Source: an uncultured bacterium
Lineage (GTDB): Bacteria; Verrucomicrobiota; Lentisphaeria; Victivallales; UBA1829
Assembly: GCA_902762495.1 (NCBI GenBank)
Contig: CACWOL010000005.1
Location: 28,213 to 92,212 of the forward strand
Direction: 5' to 3'
DNA length: 64,000 bases
The position numbers and the translations under genes were made by a program. The notes beneath the pieces are model-generated. The model worked only from the letters and a program-made list of their open reading frames with translations, did not search any database and was not told where the DNA came from. Positions 7,832-16,554 of this stretch are shown here, in pieces; the first letter of the stretch is position 1; every line of letters begins with the position of its first letter.

Positions 7832-9352
7832 TCAGTCTTGAACTTGCGGCCGAGCCGTCTGAAGTGCGGCTTTCCGAGGCGGAATAACCACGAAATAGAG
7901 GGAGCGGATCTTTTCTTTGCCGTACGGGGCCTTGTAGGAGAACCTGTATTCCTTTGCGTTCTTTTTGAGCTCGTCGAGCTCCAACCCGAGCGCATCCGCC
8001 AGCTGGACGGCATCCTTTTCCTGCACATAGACGCCGAGAGCGCCTTCCTGATCCAGAATCGTGCTGAATCTGAACTCGTCGTACGGGTCCTCGAACGAGC
8101 CCGCATAGGGGTGGTGAGGCAGATACTGCATGATGCACCCCGCGTACCACATGTCGCCGAATGCGAGCGAAATGTCGCGTCCGGTCTGCTCATGGTAAAA
8201 CTCCTGGGCGGACGCGGCGAATTCGCGCGCGACGAAATGTCCACGGTTGCGCGTCTTCGTGAACCAGTAAAAGATGTCGAAGACCTGAACGGAAACGAAC
8301 AGGATCATGAGCGTGAAGAAGAGTTTTTTGAACTCGCGGGCCGAAACGTCGTCTTTCCAGAACGCCATCAGGAAGAAGCCTGTGACGAAGTAGACCGGAT
8401 ATGCCCACATCGAGTCGATCATCATGCCCGTGCCGGCCATCAGCGTCAGGACCGCGATCGGCGTGAACTGGACACAGAGGGCGAGGCGCGCTGCGACGGG
8501 ATCGGATGGGCGCAGGTTACGCGGGCAGAACTTGAGCAGGGATTGAACAGGATGATCCATCGTGAGCCAGAGGAGAAGCAGGGGTACTGCGAACGGGTAC
8601 AGGTTTTCGCCCAGAATTGTCAGAAGGTTCACGACCGGGTTCAGTCTTTCCTCGGACACGCGGTCTGTAATATATGTAAGCGGAAGGAAGTCATTTTGAA
8701 CAAGCCAGACGATATACGGAGCGAGTACGAGCAGGAAGACAGCGAACGCGACGTACGGACCGGGCCGCCAGAAATATTTGCGTGTGTCGCGTCCGGTCAG
8801 GATGAACAGGAAGAGCGCGAACAGGAGCACGAAGCCGAAGAACTTGCTGAGCACGGAGAGAGCGGAGACGACGCCGAACAGGATCCAGTCGGCCATGCGG
8901 TCATTCTTCACCCCGCGGTAACAGTAGAACGTCATCATTGGCCAGAGCGCCATGTGCGGCAGGTTCACGTTGAACTTGGCCGAGTCGAACGAGTAGAAAA
9001 CGATCGTGCTCAACAGGATGACGGAGAAGATGGCTTTTTCCGTGCTGAAGAATTCTTTTCCCAGGCGGTACATGTACACGAATCCGATGACGAGCATCGT
9101 CTGGCTCAGCAGGTACATCGCGAAATCCGTGTGTGCGAAGACGATCGTGAAAATGCCCGCCAGCCACGCCGCCAGCGGCGGGTGCTTCGCGTTGCCCATG
9201 GAGAACGGATGGCTCCACATGATGGTCTCGATCGTGTCGAGCGGGAGAACCGTGTAGAATATGGTCGGGATGGCGGTCAGGAGGATCAGCCAGACGGCGA
9301 TAAAGACGAGAAGATACCGGAAAAGACGTTTGTCGTATTCGTTCGAGTTCAT
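7832..9352 (-). CDS. GT-C fold glycosyltransferase, family 39 / ArnT-like (polyprenyl-phosphate-sugar dependent)
   Basis: 506 aa from ATG 9352. About 11 hydrophobic helices. N-terminal loop LPLDTIETIMWSHPFSMGNAKHPPLAAWL is typical of PMT_2/ArnT-type enzymes. Confidence 0.7.
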   Translation of the reverse strand: MNSNEYDKRLFRYLLVFIAVWLILLTAIPTIFYTVLPLDTIETIMWSHPFSMGNAKHPPLAAWLAGIFTIVFAHTDFAMYLLSQTMLVIGFVYMYRLGKEFFSTEKAIFSVILLSTIVFYSFDSAKFNVNLPHMALWPMMTFYCYRGVKNDRMADWILFGVVSALSVLSKFFGFVLLFALFLFILTGRDTRKYFWRPGPYVAFAVFLLVLAPYIVWLVQNDFLPLTYITDRVSEERLNPVVNLLTILGENLYPFAVPLLLLWLTMDHPVQSLLKFCPRNLRPSDPVAARLALCVQFTPIAVLTLMAGTGMMIDSMWAYPVYFVTGFFLMAFWKDDVSAREFKKLFFTLMILFVSVQVFDIFYWFTKTRNRGHFVAREFAASAQEFYHEQTGRDISLAFGDMWYAGCIMQYLPHHPYAGSFEDPYDEFRFSTILDQEGALGVYVQEKDAVQLADALGLELDELKKNAKEYRFSYKAPYGKEKIRSLYFVVIPPRKAALQTARPQVQD

Positions 9353-9429
9353 ATCAATATAAGCAAAAGGGGAGAGATGCCAGGACAGATGGAGCGTTCC
9401 TGATATTTGATGTAAAGCAGAGAATAAAT

Positions 9430-9458
9430 AATTTACACCCGTAAACAAGTGATTTCAA
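9430..9458 (-). promoter_or_regulatory. sigma70-type promoter for the GT-C transferase gene
   Basis: Minus strand TTGAAA (9458-9453), 17 nt, TAAATT (9435-9430), in the 109-nt gap after murE. Confidence 0.45.
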
Positions 9459-9461
9459 GAG

Positions 9462-10967
9462 TCAGGGGCGAAAAGAATTCAGGATTTCGACGTCCGAGAA
9501 GTGATGTTTGCCTTCGCGCGTCTCCTGAGTGGTCTCATGCCCTTTTCCAGCCACCAGCAGGATGTCGTTCGGGCGCGCTTCCCGGACGGCCAGTTCGATC
9601 GCTTTAGCGCGGTCCGGTTCCACGAGGTAATGCGTCCCGGCCGGGATGCCGGATTCGATCTCGCGGATGATGGACATCGGGTCCTCGGAACGCGGGTTGT
9701 CGCTGGTCAGGATCGCGAGGTCGGCCAGACGTGCGGCCGCGGCGCCCATCCTGGGGCGTTTCGTGCGGTCCCGGTCGCCGCCGCACCCGAAGACCGCGAT
9801 CAGACGCCCGTCCGCCGTCAAGACCTCGCGCAGGCTGGTTAAAACGCGTTCCAGCGCGTCGTCCGTGTGGGCATAATCCACGAAGGCGGTCGCGCCGCAG
9901 GCCAGCGGAACAGCCTGAAGACGTCCGGGAACATGCGGTATGAGTGCCGAAGCCTCCAGCAGGGCGTCAAACGGAAGCCCGGTTCCATATGCCATGCAGA
10001 GCGCGGTCAGGCAGTTCGCGGCATTGAATGCGCCGGGCAGCGGCAGACGCAGGGAAGCATCGTGTCCGTCGAGCGTGAATTCGAGGTCGGAAAATGCCGG
10101 GTTGAGCATAAGTTTCCGCAGGGAACAGAACGCGTCGGCGCGTCCCGTGAAGGAAACTGGCAGAATGCGGAGTCCGGGGCGTTCCTGTTTCAGTTCGGAA
10201 ACGAGACGCGCGCCTGCCGGATCGTCGGTGTTGACGACCGCCGGGGCATCGTCGGCGAGCAATTCGCGGAAAAGGATCTTCTTCGCCTTGTAATAGTTTT
10301 CCATCGTGCCGTGATAATCCAGGTGGTCGCCCGTAAGGTTCGTGAATGCGGCCGAGGCGAGTTTGAGCGTGCCGGACCGGTGCTGGTGCAGGCCGTGGCT
10401 GGAACTCTCCATGACCGCGTCCGTGACGCCGTTGGTCTTCATCGCGGCGAACATCTCCTGAAGCGTGAACGCGTCGGGCGTGGTGTGTTCGGACGGCTCC
10501 GGGCCTGCGCCGAGGTCGCAGCAGACGGTCGAGATCAGCGCGGTCTTCGAGCCGGGTTTGACCGTGTCGAGGTAATGCCGCATGAAATACGCGGTCGATG
10601 TTTTGCCGTTGGTGCCCGTCACGGTATGTACGCGGAAAGCGTCCGCGGGTCGCCGGAAGAATGTTTCGCAGACAATCGACCACGCGAGATAGGAGTCCGT
10701 GACGCGAAGGACTGGCAGGCCGGAGGGCAGGGGACCCTCGTAATCCGCCGAAATGATGAGAGCAGACGCGCCTTTCTGAACGGCATCGGGGAGGAATCTG
10801 TGTGCGTCCGCCTTTGCGCCCCGGATCGCGAGGAAGAGCGTGCCGGGCGCGACCTTCGACGAGTTGTTCGCGACCGCGGAGATGAGAGGTGTTGCGGCGG
10901 GATCGAACGGCGCGGCCAGCAGCGGTTTCAGTGCTTCGGCGAAAGCCGACAGGGGCAGCGGCTGCAT
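9462..10967 (-). CDS. murE: UDP-MurNAc-L-Ala-D-Glu:meso-diaminopimelate ligase
   Basis: 501 aa. Has GTNGKTSTAYF P-loop and the DNPR motif (TSDNPRSEDP) typical of DAP-adding MurE. Confidence 0.9.
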   Translation of the reverse strand: MQPLPLSAFAEALKPLLAAPFDPAATPLISAVANNSSKVAPGTLFLAIRGAKADAHRFLPDAVQKGASALIISADYEGPLPSGLPVLRVTDSYLAWSIVCETFFRRPADAFRVHTVTGTNGKTSTAYFMRHYLDTVKPGSKTALISTVCCDLGAGPEPSEHTTPDAFTLQEMFAAMKTNGVTDAVMESSSHGLHQHRSGTLKLASAAFTNLTGDHLDYHGTMENYYKAKKILFRELLADDAPAVVNTDDPAGARLVSELKQERPGLRILPVSFTGRADAFCSLRKLMLNPAFSDLEFTLDGHDASLRLPLPGAFNAANCLTALCMAYGTGLPFDALLEASALIPHVPGRLQAVPLACGATAFVDYAHTDDALERVLTSLREVLTADGRLIAVFGCGGDRDRTKRPRMGAAAARLADLAILTSDNPRSEDPMSIIREIESGIPAGTHYLVEPDRAKAIELAVREARPNDILLVAGKGHETTQETREGKHHFSDVEILNSFRP

Positions 10968-10969
10968 AT

Positions 10970-12355
10970 TCAGGCCTCGGCGGGTTCCAGAAGCTCAAGA
11001 TGCGTCGAACGGGATGCCTTCAGGAAGACGAGGCTGCCCGCCTCGATCTGAAAGGACGCTTTTGCGGCGTCCTGTGCAGACGGATACGCCGTGCAGTCCA
11101 GTCCGGTTTCCTGTGCGGCGGCGGTCATATGCGGACCGACGACAAGGAAACGGGCATCGGGGAAGAGGTGTTTCGCGAGGGCGCAGACGGAACGGTGTCC
11201 CTCGGCGCTTGATTCGCCGAGTTCGCCCATGTCGCCGAGAATGAGCACAAGTTTCTTCGGATCGGCGAATTCGGAAAGCCAGTTCAGCGAAGCCGCCATG
11301 CTGTCCGGATTTGCGTTGTAGGCGTCGTTGATCCAGGTCGCTCCGCCATGCTCGGAAACGCGCATGCGGAGGCCGGGGAGCGTCGTACGGGAAAGCCCTT
11401 CGGCGACCGTCTGGAACGGGATCCCGAAGGTCAGCGCGGCGAGCGCGGCCGCGGCGGCATTGCCCGCCTGGTGACGGCCCGGGATGCTCCACTGAACCGA
11501 GACTGTTTCGCCGGTCGTGGCGCGCGTGAGCGTGAATTTCGCGCCATGCAGATTGCCGCCCAGATACTTCGCCGTGAGGTCGGCATCCGTGTCCGAGAAC
11601 CCGAACGTGCCGGTACGGAACTGCGAGGCGGCGCGGGCGAGGATGTCCTGGCCGGGGCATTGCGCCGGAATGATTGCGAATCCTCCGGGCGCGAGGTGGG
11701 TGAAAAGCTTGGATTTTTCCCGCGCAACGCCTTCGAGCGAGCCGAGGAATTCGAGGTGGCAGTTCGCGATGGAGACGATGATCGCGAGATCGGGCATGGC
11801 GCAGTAGGAGAGAGGTTCAAGTTCGCCGTGGTGATTGGTCCCCGCCTCCAGGATGGCGATGCGGTGGCGCGCATTGAGGCGGAGGAGGTTCTGCGGCAGC
11901 CCGATCTGGTTGTTGGTGTTGCCCTCGGTCGCGAGTACGCTGATGGAGTCCATCGCGTGGACGAAGATCGCCCGCAGGGATTCCTTCGTGCTGGTCTTAC
12001 CGCAGGACCCGGAGAGCAGGATGACCTTCAGGTTCGGGAAGCGCAGGCGGTGAAACCGGGCGATGCGCTGGAACGCCGTCACGGTCGAGGGGACCGCGAT
12101 GGCGGGGATGCCGGACGGGACCTTGTCGAGCTTGGATCCTTCGACGCAAAGCAGGGAAGCGCCGTTCGCGACGGCCTGCGCGAGGTAGTCGTGGGCGTCG
12201 AACGATTCGCCGGAGAACGCGAGGAACAGGGCATTTTTCGCGGTCTCGCGGGTGTCGGTGAAGACGGAATCGACCATGGCGGGCGCGTTGTCGCCGACGA
12301 GGCGTCCTTCCGTGGCACGGAGCAGTTCATGAAGCGTGAAAGATACGTCGAACAT
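10970..12355 (-). CDS. murF: UDP-MurNAc-tripeptide:D-Ala-D-Ala ligase
   Basis: 461 aa. Has GSCGKTSTKE P-loop and a Mur ligase middle/C-terminal pattern. Its start overlaps the uxs stop by 1 nt (TGATG). Confidence 0.9.
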   Translation of the reverse strand: MFDVSFTLHELLRATEGRLVGDNAPAMVDSVFTDTRETAKNALFLAFSGESFDAHDYLAQAVANGASLLCVEGSKLDKVPSGIPAIAVPSTVTAFQRIARFHRLRFPNLKVILLSGSCGKTSTKESLRAIFVHAMDSISVLATEGNTNNQIGLPQNLLRLNARHRIAILEAGTNHHGELEPLSYCAMPDLAIIVSIANCHLEFLGSLEGVAREKSKLFTHLAPGGFAIIPAQCPGQDILARAASQFRTGTFGFSDTDADLTAKYLGGNLHGAKFTLTRATTGETVSVQWSIPGRHQAGNAAAAALAALTFGIPFQTVAEGLSRTTLPGLRMRVSEHGGATWINDAYNANPDSMAASLNWLSEFADPKKLVLILGDMGELGESSAEGHRSVCALAKHLFPDARFLVVGPHMTAAAQETGLDCTAYPSAQDAAKASFQIEAGSLVFLKASRSTHLELLEPAEA

Positions 12356-13299
12356 CAGAAATCCTCCAGGTTGCGGAAATAGTCGATGGTCTGCCGGAGT
12401 CCGTCTTCGAGGGCGATCTCCGGCGTCCAGCCGAGGAGCTCGCAGGCGAGCGAAACGTCCGGTTTGCGGCGGGCGGGATCGTCCTGCGGGAGCGGCTTGT
12501 AGACGATCTTCGACTTCGATCCGGTGATGCGGATGATGGTCTCGGCGAGCTCGCGGACGGTGAATTCGCCGGGGTTGCCGAGGTTGACCGGGCCGGTCAC
12601 GCGGTTCGGTGTGTGCATCATGGCTTCAAGCCCGACCACTAGGTCGGAGACACAGCAGAAACTGCGCGTCTGGGATCCGTCGCCGTAGATGGTGATGTCG
12701 TGTCCCTTCAGCGCCTGTACGATGAAGTTGCTGACGACGCGGCCGTCGTTCGGGAGCATGCGCGGGCCGTAGGTGTTGAAAATGCGGACGACTTTGATCG
12801 GGAGCCCGTACTGGCGGAGGTAGTCGAAAAACAGCGTTTCGGCGCAGCGTTTCCCCTCGTCGTAGCAGCTGCGGACGCCGATCGGGTTCACGTTGCCCCA
12901 GTAGGTCTCGCGCTGGGGATGTTCCTTCGGGTCGCCGTAGACTTCGCTCGTGGAGCTCTGGAGGATCGGGATGCGGAGCCGCCGCGCCAGCTCCAGCATG
13001 TTCATGGCGCCGAGGACGTTCGTGCGGATGGTCTGCACCGGGTCGTGCTGGTAGTGGATGGGCGAAGCGGGGCAGGCGAGGTTGTAGATGGCATCGACCT
13101 CAAGTTCGATCGGGATCGTGACGTCGTGGCGGATGAGTTCGAACGACGGGTGGGAGAGCAGATGCCGGATGTTGTTTTTCGAGCCGGTGAAGAAATTGTC
13201 GAGGCAAATCACGTCGTTGCCGCGGGAGAGCAGCAGTTCGCAGAGATGGGAGCCGATAAAACCGCCTCCGCCGGTGACCAGGATCGTTTGTTTGTGCAT
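12355..13299 (-). CDS. UDP-glucuronate decarboxylase (UDP-xylose synthase-like extended SDR)
   Basis: 314 aa. Has Rossmann GGGGFIGSH, catalytic YDEGKR (YxxxK), and [12 protein letters not shown] as in UXS enzymes. Confidence 0.8.
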   Translation of the reverse strand: MHKQTILVTGGGGFIGSHLCELLLSRGNDVICLDNFFTGSKNNIRHLLSHPSFELIRHDVTIPIELEVDAIYNLACPASPIHYQHDPVQTIRTNVLGAMNMLELARRLRIPILQSSTSEVYGDPKEHPQRETYWGNVNPIGVRSCYDEGKRCAETLFFDYLRQYGLPIKVVRIFNTYGPRMLPNDGRVVSNFIVQALKGHDITIYGDGSQTRSFCCVSDLVVGLEAMMHTPNRVTGPVNLGNPGEFTVRELAETIIRITGSKSKIVYKPLPQDDPARRKPDVSLACELLGWTPEIALEDGLRQTIDYFRNLEDF

Positions 13300-13338
13300 G
13301 GGAATCTGCCTGTCGGGCCTGGATGCCGTGCCGTGCGG

Positions 13339-14685
13339 TCAGCGGCCCTTTTTGGTTGAGGTCGTTTTCGAAGATGTCGAAGATTTTGTCGAGGAAGATT
13401 TTGTCGAGGTCGAGGTCTTTGCCTTAGCGACGCCGATTTTCGCGTAGCCCCAATCCAGAAGTACGCGGATGAAGTTGTCGCGGTCGGCGGCTGATGGAAA
13501 TCCGGTTACGACCGCCAGCAGATTGCGTCCCTCGCGTTCGCAGGAGGCCGCCACACAGAATCCCGCACGGTTGGTGAAACCGGTCTTGATGCCGTTCACG
13601 CCGGGGGTCGCGGTCTTCGCGCCGGGGAGCAGGTTGTTGTGGTTCTGCAGCAGGATATAATCAGGCGATTCTTTCTCGCGGAACGGCGCGGTGCGTTTCC
13701 CCGCGAGCTCCATGAGGTACGGATAGTTTCGGAAAACGAGGCAGAGACGCGCGACGTCTTCGCATGAGCTCTGGTTGTCGAGCGCCTTGGTCTTTCCCGG
13801 GAGGCCGTGCGCATTGAAATAGGTGGTGTGGGTCATGCCGACTTCCTTCGCCCTGCGGTTCATGTCCTCAATGAACTTGTCCGCCTTGCCCCCGCCGAGG
13901 TGTTCCGCCAGCAGGTGCGCGGCGTCGTTTGCGCTCCGGACGGAGGCGGCGATGAGGAGCTCGTCGATGGTGAACATCTCGCCATTTTTGAAATAGACCT
14001 TGCTTGCCTCGGTGTTGATGGCCTCGGGCGTGACCGGGATCAGGGACTGGAGCGTATACGGGGAGGAGTCGTCCATGGCGATCTCGTAGGCTAGCATGAT
14101 GGTCATGATCTTCGTGAGGGAGGCGACCGGGACGGGCTTGGACGGATTCTTCGCCCACAGGACCTTGTTGGTGTCCATGTCGACCAGAATGCCTGCCGTG
14201 GAGAGCGTGATGCCCTTCAGGCCGGAGATGTCGTCCCGGGCCGCGCCCGCGAAATCAAGCTTGGGGACGACTGTTTTCCTGGGCTTGCGGACATAGGTCG
14301 TGGACGGCACGGACGGCGCGGGTTTATCCTTGACGGCGGGCAATCCGGCGAGCGGATCCTTTTCCGCGGAGTTTCCGGTCTGTGTCTGCGCAGCGGTCGG
14401 AGACTGTGCGGCGGAAGCCGGTTTCTGCTGCGTTTGTGCATTGGTAGAGGGCTTTTCGGAAGACGTCCCCGTTTCCGGCTTCTGAACGGCCGGCGATGGA
14501 GTTGCCTGTTCAACCGTCGGGGCATTGTTTTCCATTTCTGAGATCAGGGCGTTTCCCTCTTCGATCTGCTTGCGGGTGTCGGAGATCTTCTGTTCGTTGG
14601 AACCTGTGGCGACGACAAGCCATAGAAGAATGCCGTGTACGGCGATGATCGCAAGGATCAACAGTATCATAGCGCGGCGACTCAT
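13339..14685 (-). CDS. D-alanyl-D-alanine carboxypeptidase (S11, PBP5-type) with low-complexity N-linker and S/T/K-rich C-tail
   Basis: 448 aa. N-terminal TM, then SxxK (SLTKIM), SxN (SANDAA), KTG (IKTGFT). C-terminus is KAKTSTSTKSSSTKSSTSSKTTSTKKGR. Confidence 0.8.
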   Translation of the reverse strand: MSRRAMILLILAIIAVHGILLWLVVATGSNEQKISDTRKQIEEGNALISEMENNAPTVEQATPSPAVQKPETGTSSEKPSTNAQTQQKPASAAQSPTAAQTQTGNSAEKDPLAGLPAVKDKPAPSVPSTTYVRKPRKTVVPKLDFAGAARDDISGLKGITLSTAGILVDMDTNKVLWAKNPSKPVPVASLTKIMTIMLAYEIAMDDSSPYTLQSLIPVTPEAINTEASKVYFKNGEMFTIDELLIAASVRSANDAAHLLAEHLGGGKADKFIEDMNRRAKEVGMTHTTYFNAHGLPGKTKALDNQSSCEDVARLCLVFRNYPYLMELAGKRTAPFREKESPDYILLQNHNNLLPGAKTATPGVNGIKTGFTNRAGFCVAASCEREGRNLLAVVTGFPSAADRDNFIRVLLDWGYAKIGVAKAKTSTSTKSSSTKSSTSSKTTSTKKGR

Positions 14686-14884
14686 TTGGGAACGACCTCC
14701 GTTTCGATGGAAAGTATAAAATCAAACTGGTTTGGCATGACGGATTCCTGATTTGCATACACGGTTAAGATACTATATCACAATTTCCGGAAAAAGAAAC
14801 TATGTTTCTTGTTTTTTTTTGCAAAAACACGCGTTTGCGGTGGTCCGGCAGGATGACAGCACGGTTTTTTGAGCGCCTTTCCTC

Positions 14885-14913
14885 TTGACGAATCCTTGTT
14901 TTTATGCTATATT
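14885..14913 (+). promoter_or_regulatory. sigma70-type promoter for gatB
   Basis: TTGACG (14885-14890), 17 nt, TATATT (14908-14913). Confidence 0.55.
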
Positions 14914-15014
14914 AGAGTGATATGTCTGAAACCGCGGGCAGCCGGACGCTTGAGCCGTCTTTGAGCCGGACAGGAAGGAGCCCGCGCAACCTCATTTTCT
15001 CCGGAGACACCCTC

Positions 15015-16457
15015 ATGACGATGTATGAACCCGTGATCGGGATCGAAGCGCACGTGCAGATCCGCACGAAAAGCAAGATGTTCTGTTCCTGCCCCAATAC
15101 CTACGGCGCGCCGCCGAACACCGATACCTGTCCGGTCTGCATGGGCATGCCGGGCGTGCTGCCCGTGGTGAACAAGGAGGCGGTCCGCAAGGCCGTCGTC
15201 GCGGGCATGATGTGCGGCTGCGAGATCGCGAAGTTCAGCAAGTTCGACCGCAAGAGCTATTTCTACCCGGACCTCGTGAAGGACTACCAGATCACGCAGT
15301 ACGACCTGCCCATCTGCAAGAACGGCCGCATCCACATCTTCGGCACGGGATTCTCCGGCGAACAGCTCCCCGACAAGTGGATCGGCATGACCCGCATGCA
15401 CCTGGAGGAGGACCCCGGCAAGTCCACCCACTTCTCCAACTGCACCGGCCTCGACTTCAACCGTTCCGGCGTGCCGCTCATCGAGATCGTCAGCGAACCG
15501 GACATGCGTTCCGCCGACGAAGCCTACGCCTACCTCTCCTCGCTCAAGGAGATCATGCAGTACGCCGACGTCAGCGACTGCGACATGGAGAAGGGCCAGA
15601 TGCGCTTCGACGTGAACATCTCCCTGCGGCCGCGCGGCACCGAAAAATTCGGTACCAAGGTCGAGATCAAGAACCTGAACAGCTTCCGCGCCGCCCACCG
15701 CGCCATCCTGTACGAGATCAAACGCCAGCTCGTCGAGCTGGAAAACGGACAGGAGATCGAGCAGGACACCCGCGGCTGGAACGACGAACTCGGCGAGACC
15801 GTGGTGCAGCGCACCAAGGAAAACGCCAACGACTACCGCTACTTCCCCGAACCCGACCTCCTGCCGATCGTGTTCACCGACGCCGAGCTCGACGTCTTCC
15901 GCGCCGCCCTGCCGGAACTCCCCGCCGACAAGCGCCAGCGCTACGTGCGCGACTACGGCCTGACGCCTTACGACGCCCAGGTCCTGACCTCGGACCGTTC
16001 CTATGCGGAATTCTTCGAGGCCGCGGCGAAAGGCTCCTCCGCCTCGAAGATCATCGCGAACCTCTTCACGTCGGAACTCCTCCGCAAGCTCGGCGAATCC
16101 GGCGGTTCGCTCGCCGACTGCAAGGTGAAGCCCGCCGACCTCGCTGCGCTCGCCGAACTCGTGAACGCCTCCACGATCAACTCCAAGACCGCAAAGAAGG
16201 TCTTCGAGGAGATGTTCGAGACGGGCAAGGATCCGAAGACCATTGTGGAGGAGAAGGGCCTCGTGCAGGTGTCCGACGAGGGTGCAATCCTCGCGCTTGT
16301 CGACCAGGTGATCGAGGCGAACCCGGCGCAGGTCCAGCAGTTCAAAGAGGGCAAGACCGCCGTGCTCCAGTATCTGGTCGGCCAGCTCATGAAGCTCAGC
16401 CGCGGCAAGGCCAACCCGAAGCTCGCGATCCAGATGTTCCAGGAAAGGCTCAAGTAA
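15015..16457 (+). CDS. gatB: Asp-tRNA(Asn)/Glu-tRNA(Gln) amidotransferase subunit B
   Basis: 480 aa from ATG 15015 with GGAG upstream. N-terminus YEPVIGIEAHVQIRTKSKMFCSC and a C-terminal YqeY-like tail. The antisense 529-aa ORF is a GC shadow. Confidence 0.9.
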   Translation: MTMYEPVIGIEAHVQIRTKSKMFCSCPNTYGAPPNTDTCPVCMGMPGVLPVVNKEAVRKAVVAGMMCGCEIAKFSKFDRKSYFYPDLVKDYQITQYDLPICKNGRIHIFGTGFSGEQLPDKWIGMTRMHLEEDPGKSTHFSNCTGLDFNRSGVPLIEIVSEPDMRSADEAYAYLSSLKEIMQYADVSDCDMEKGQMRFDVNISLRPRGTEKFGTKVEIKNLNSFRAAHRAILYEIKRQLVELENGQEIEQDTRGWNDELGETVVQRTKENANDYRYFPEPDLLPIVFTDAELDVFRAALPELPADKRQRYVRDYGLTPYDAQVLTSDRSYAEFFEAAAKGSSASKIIANLFTSELLRKLGESGGSLADCKVKPADLAALAELVNASTINSKTAKKVFEEMFETGKDPKTIVEEKGLVQVSDEGAILALVDQVIEANPAQVQQFKEGKTAVLQYLVGQLMKLSRGKANPKLAIQMFQERLK

Positions 16458-16492
16458 TCCGCTTTCCCTGCTCATTCCTGCATGAATAAAAC

Positions 16493-16531
16493 GCACCGGA
16501 GTCCGACATGGTTCCGGTGCGATTCTTTTTT
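16493..16531 (+). terminator. rho-independent terminator of gatB
   Basis: Stem GCACCGGA (16493-16500) / TCCGGTGC (16513-16520), followed by GATTCTTTTTT. Confidence 0.75.
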
Positions 16532-16554
16532 GGAAAAATCGGGGCGGATCCCGT

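Noticed and set aside
7832-9352. Lower apparent GC of the GT-C transferase gene as evidence of horizontal transfer
   Set aside because: Polytopic membrane proteins are enriched in Phe/Ile/Tyr/Leu codons, which lowers GC. I cannot compute codon-usage statistics here, so no HGT claim is made.
14920-15014. Structured ~95-nt gatB leader (GCGGGC..GCCCGC outer stem, repeated GAGCCG) as a possible T-box or riboswitch
   Set aside because: It has no T-box specifier or antiterminator features and no known aptamer core. It is probably just GC-rich leader structure.
14907-16496. Long antisense or out-of-frame ORFs, including 14907-16496(-), 2540-3991(+), 25021-27060(+), 29271-32507(+), 36045-37301(+), 50473-52599(+), 58833-61262(-) and 39365-40693(+)
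   Set aside because: They lie opposite or out of frame to genes with clear family motifs. Their translations are R/A/G/P/H/D/E-rich low-information sequence, which is typical of GC-rich shadow ORFs. No RBS or promoter supports them.
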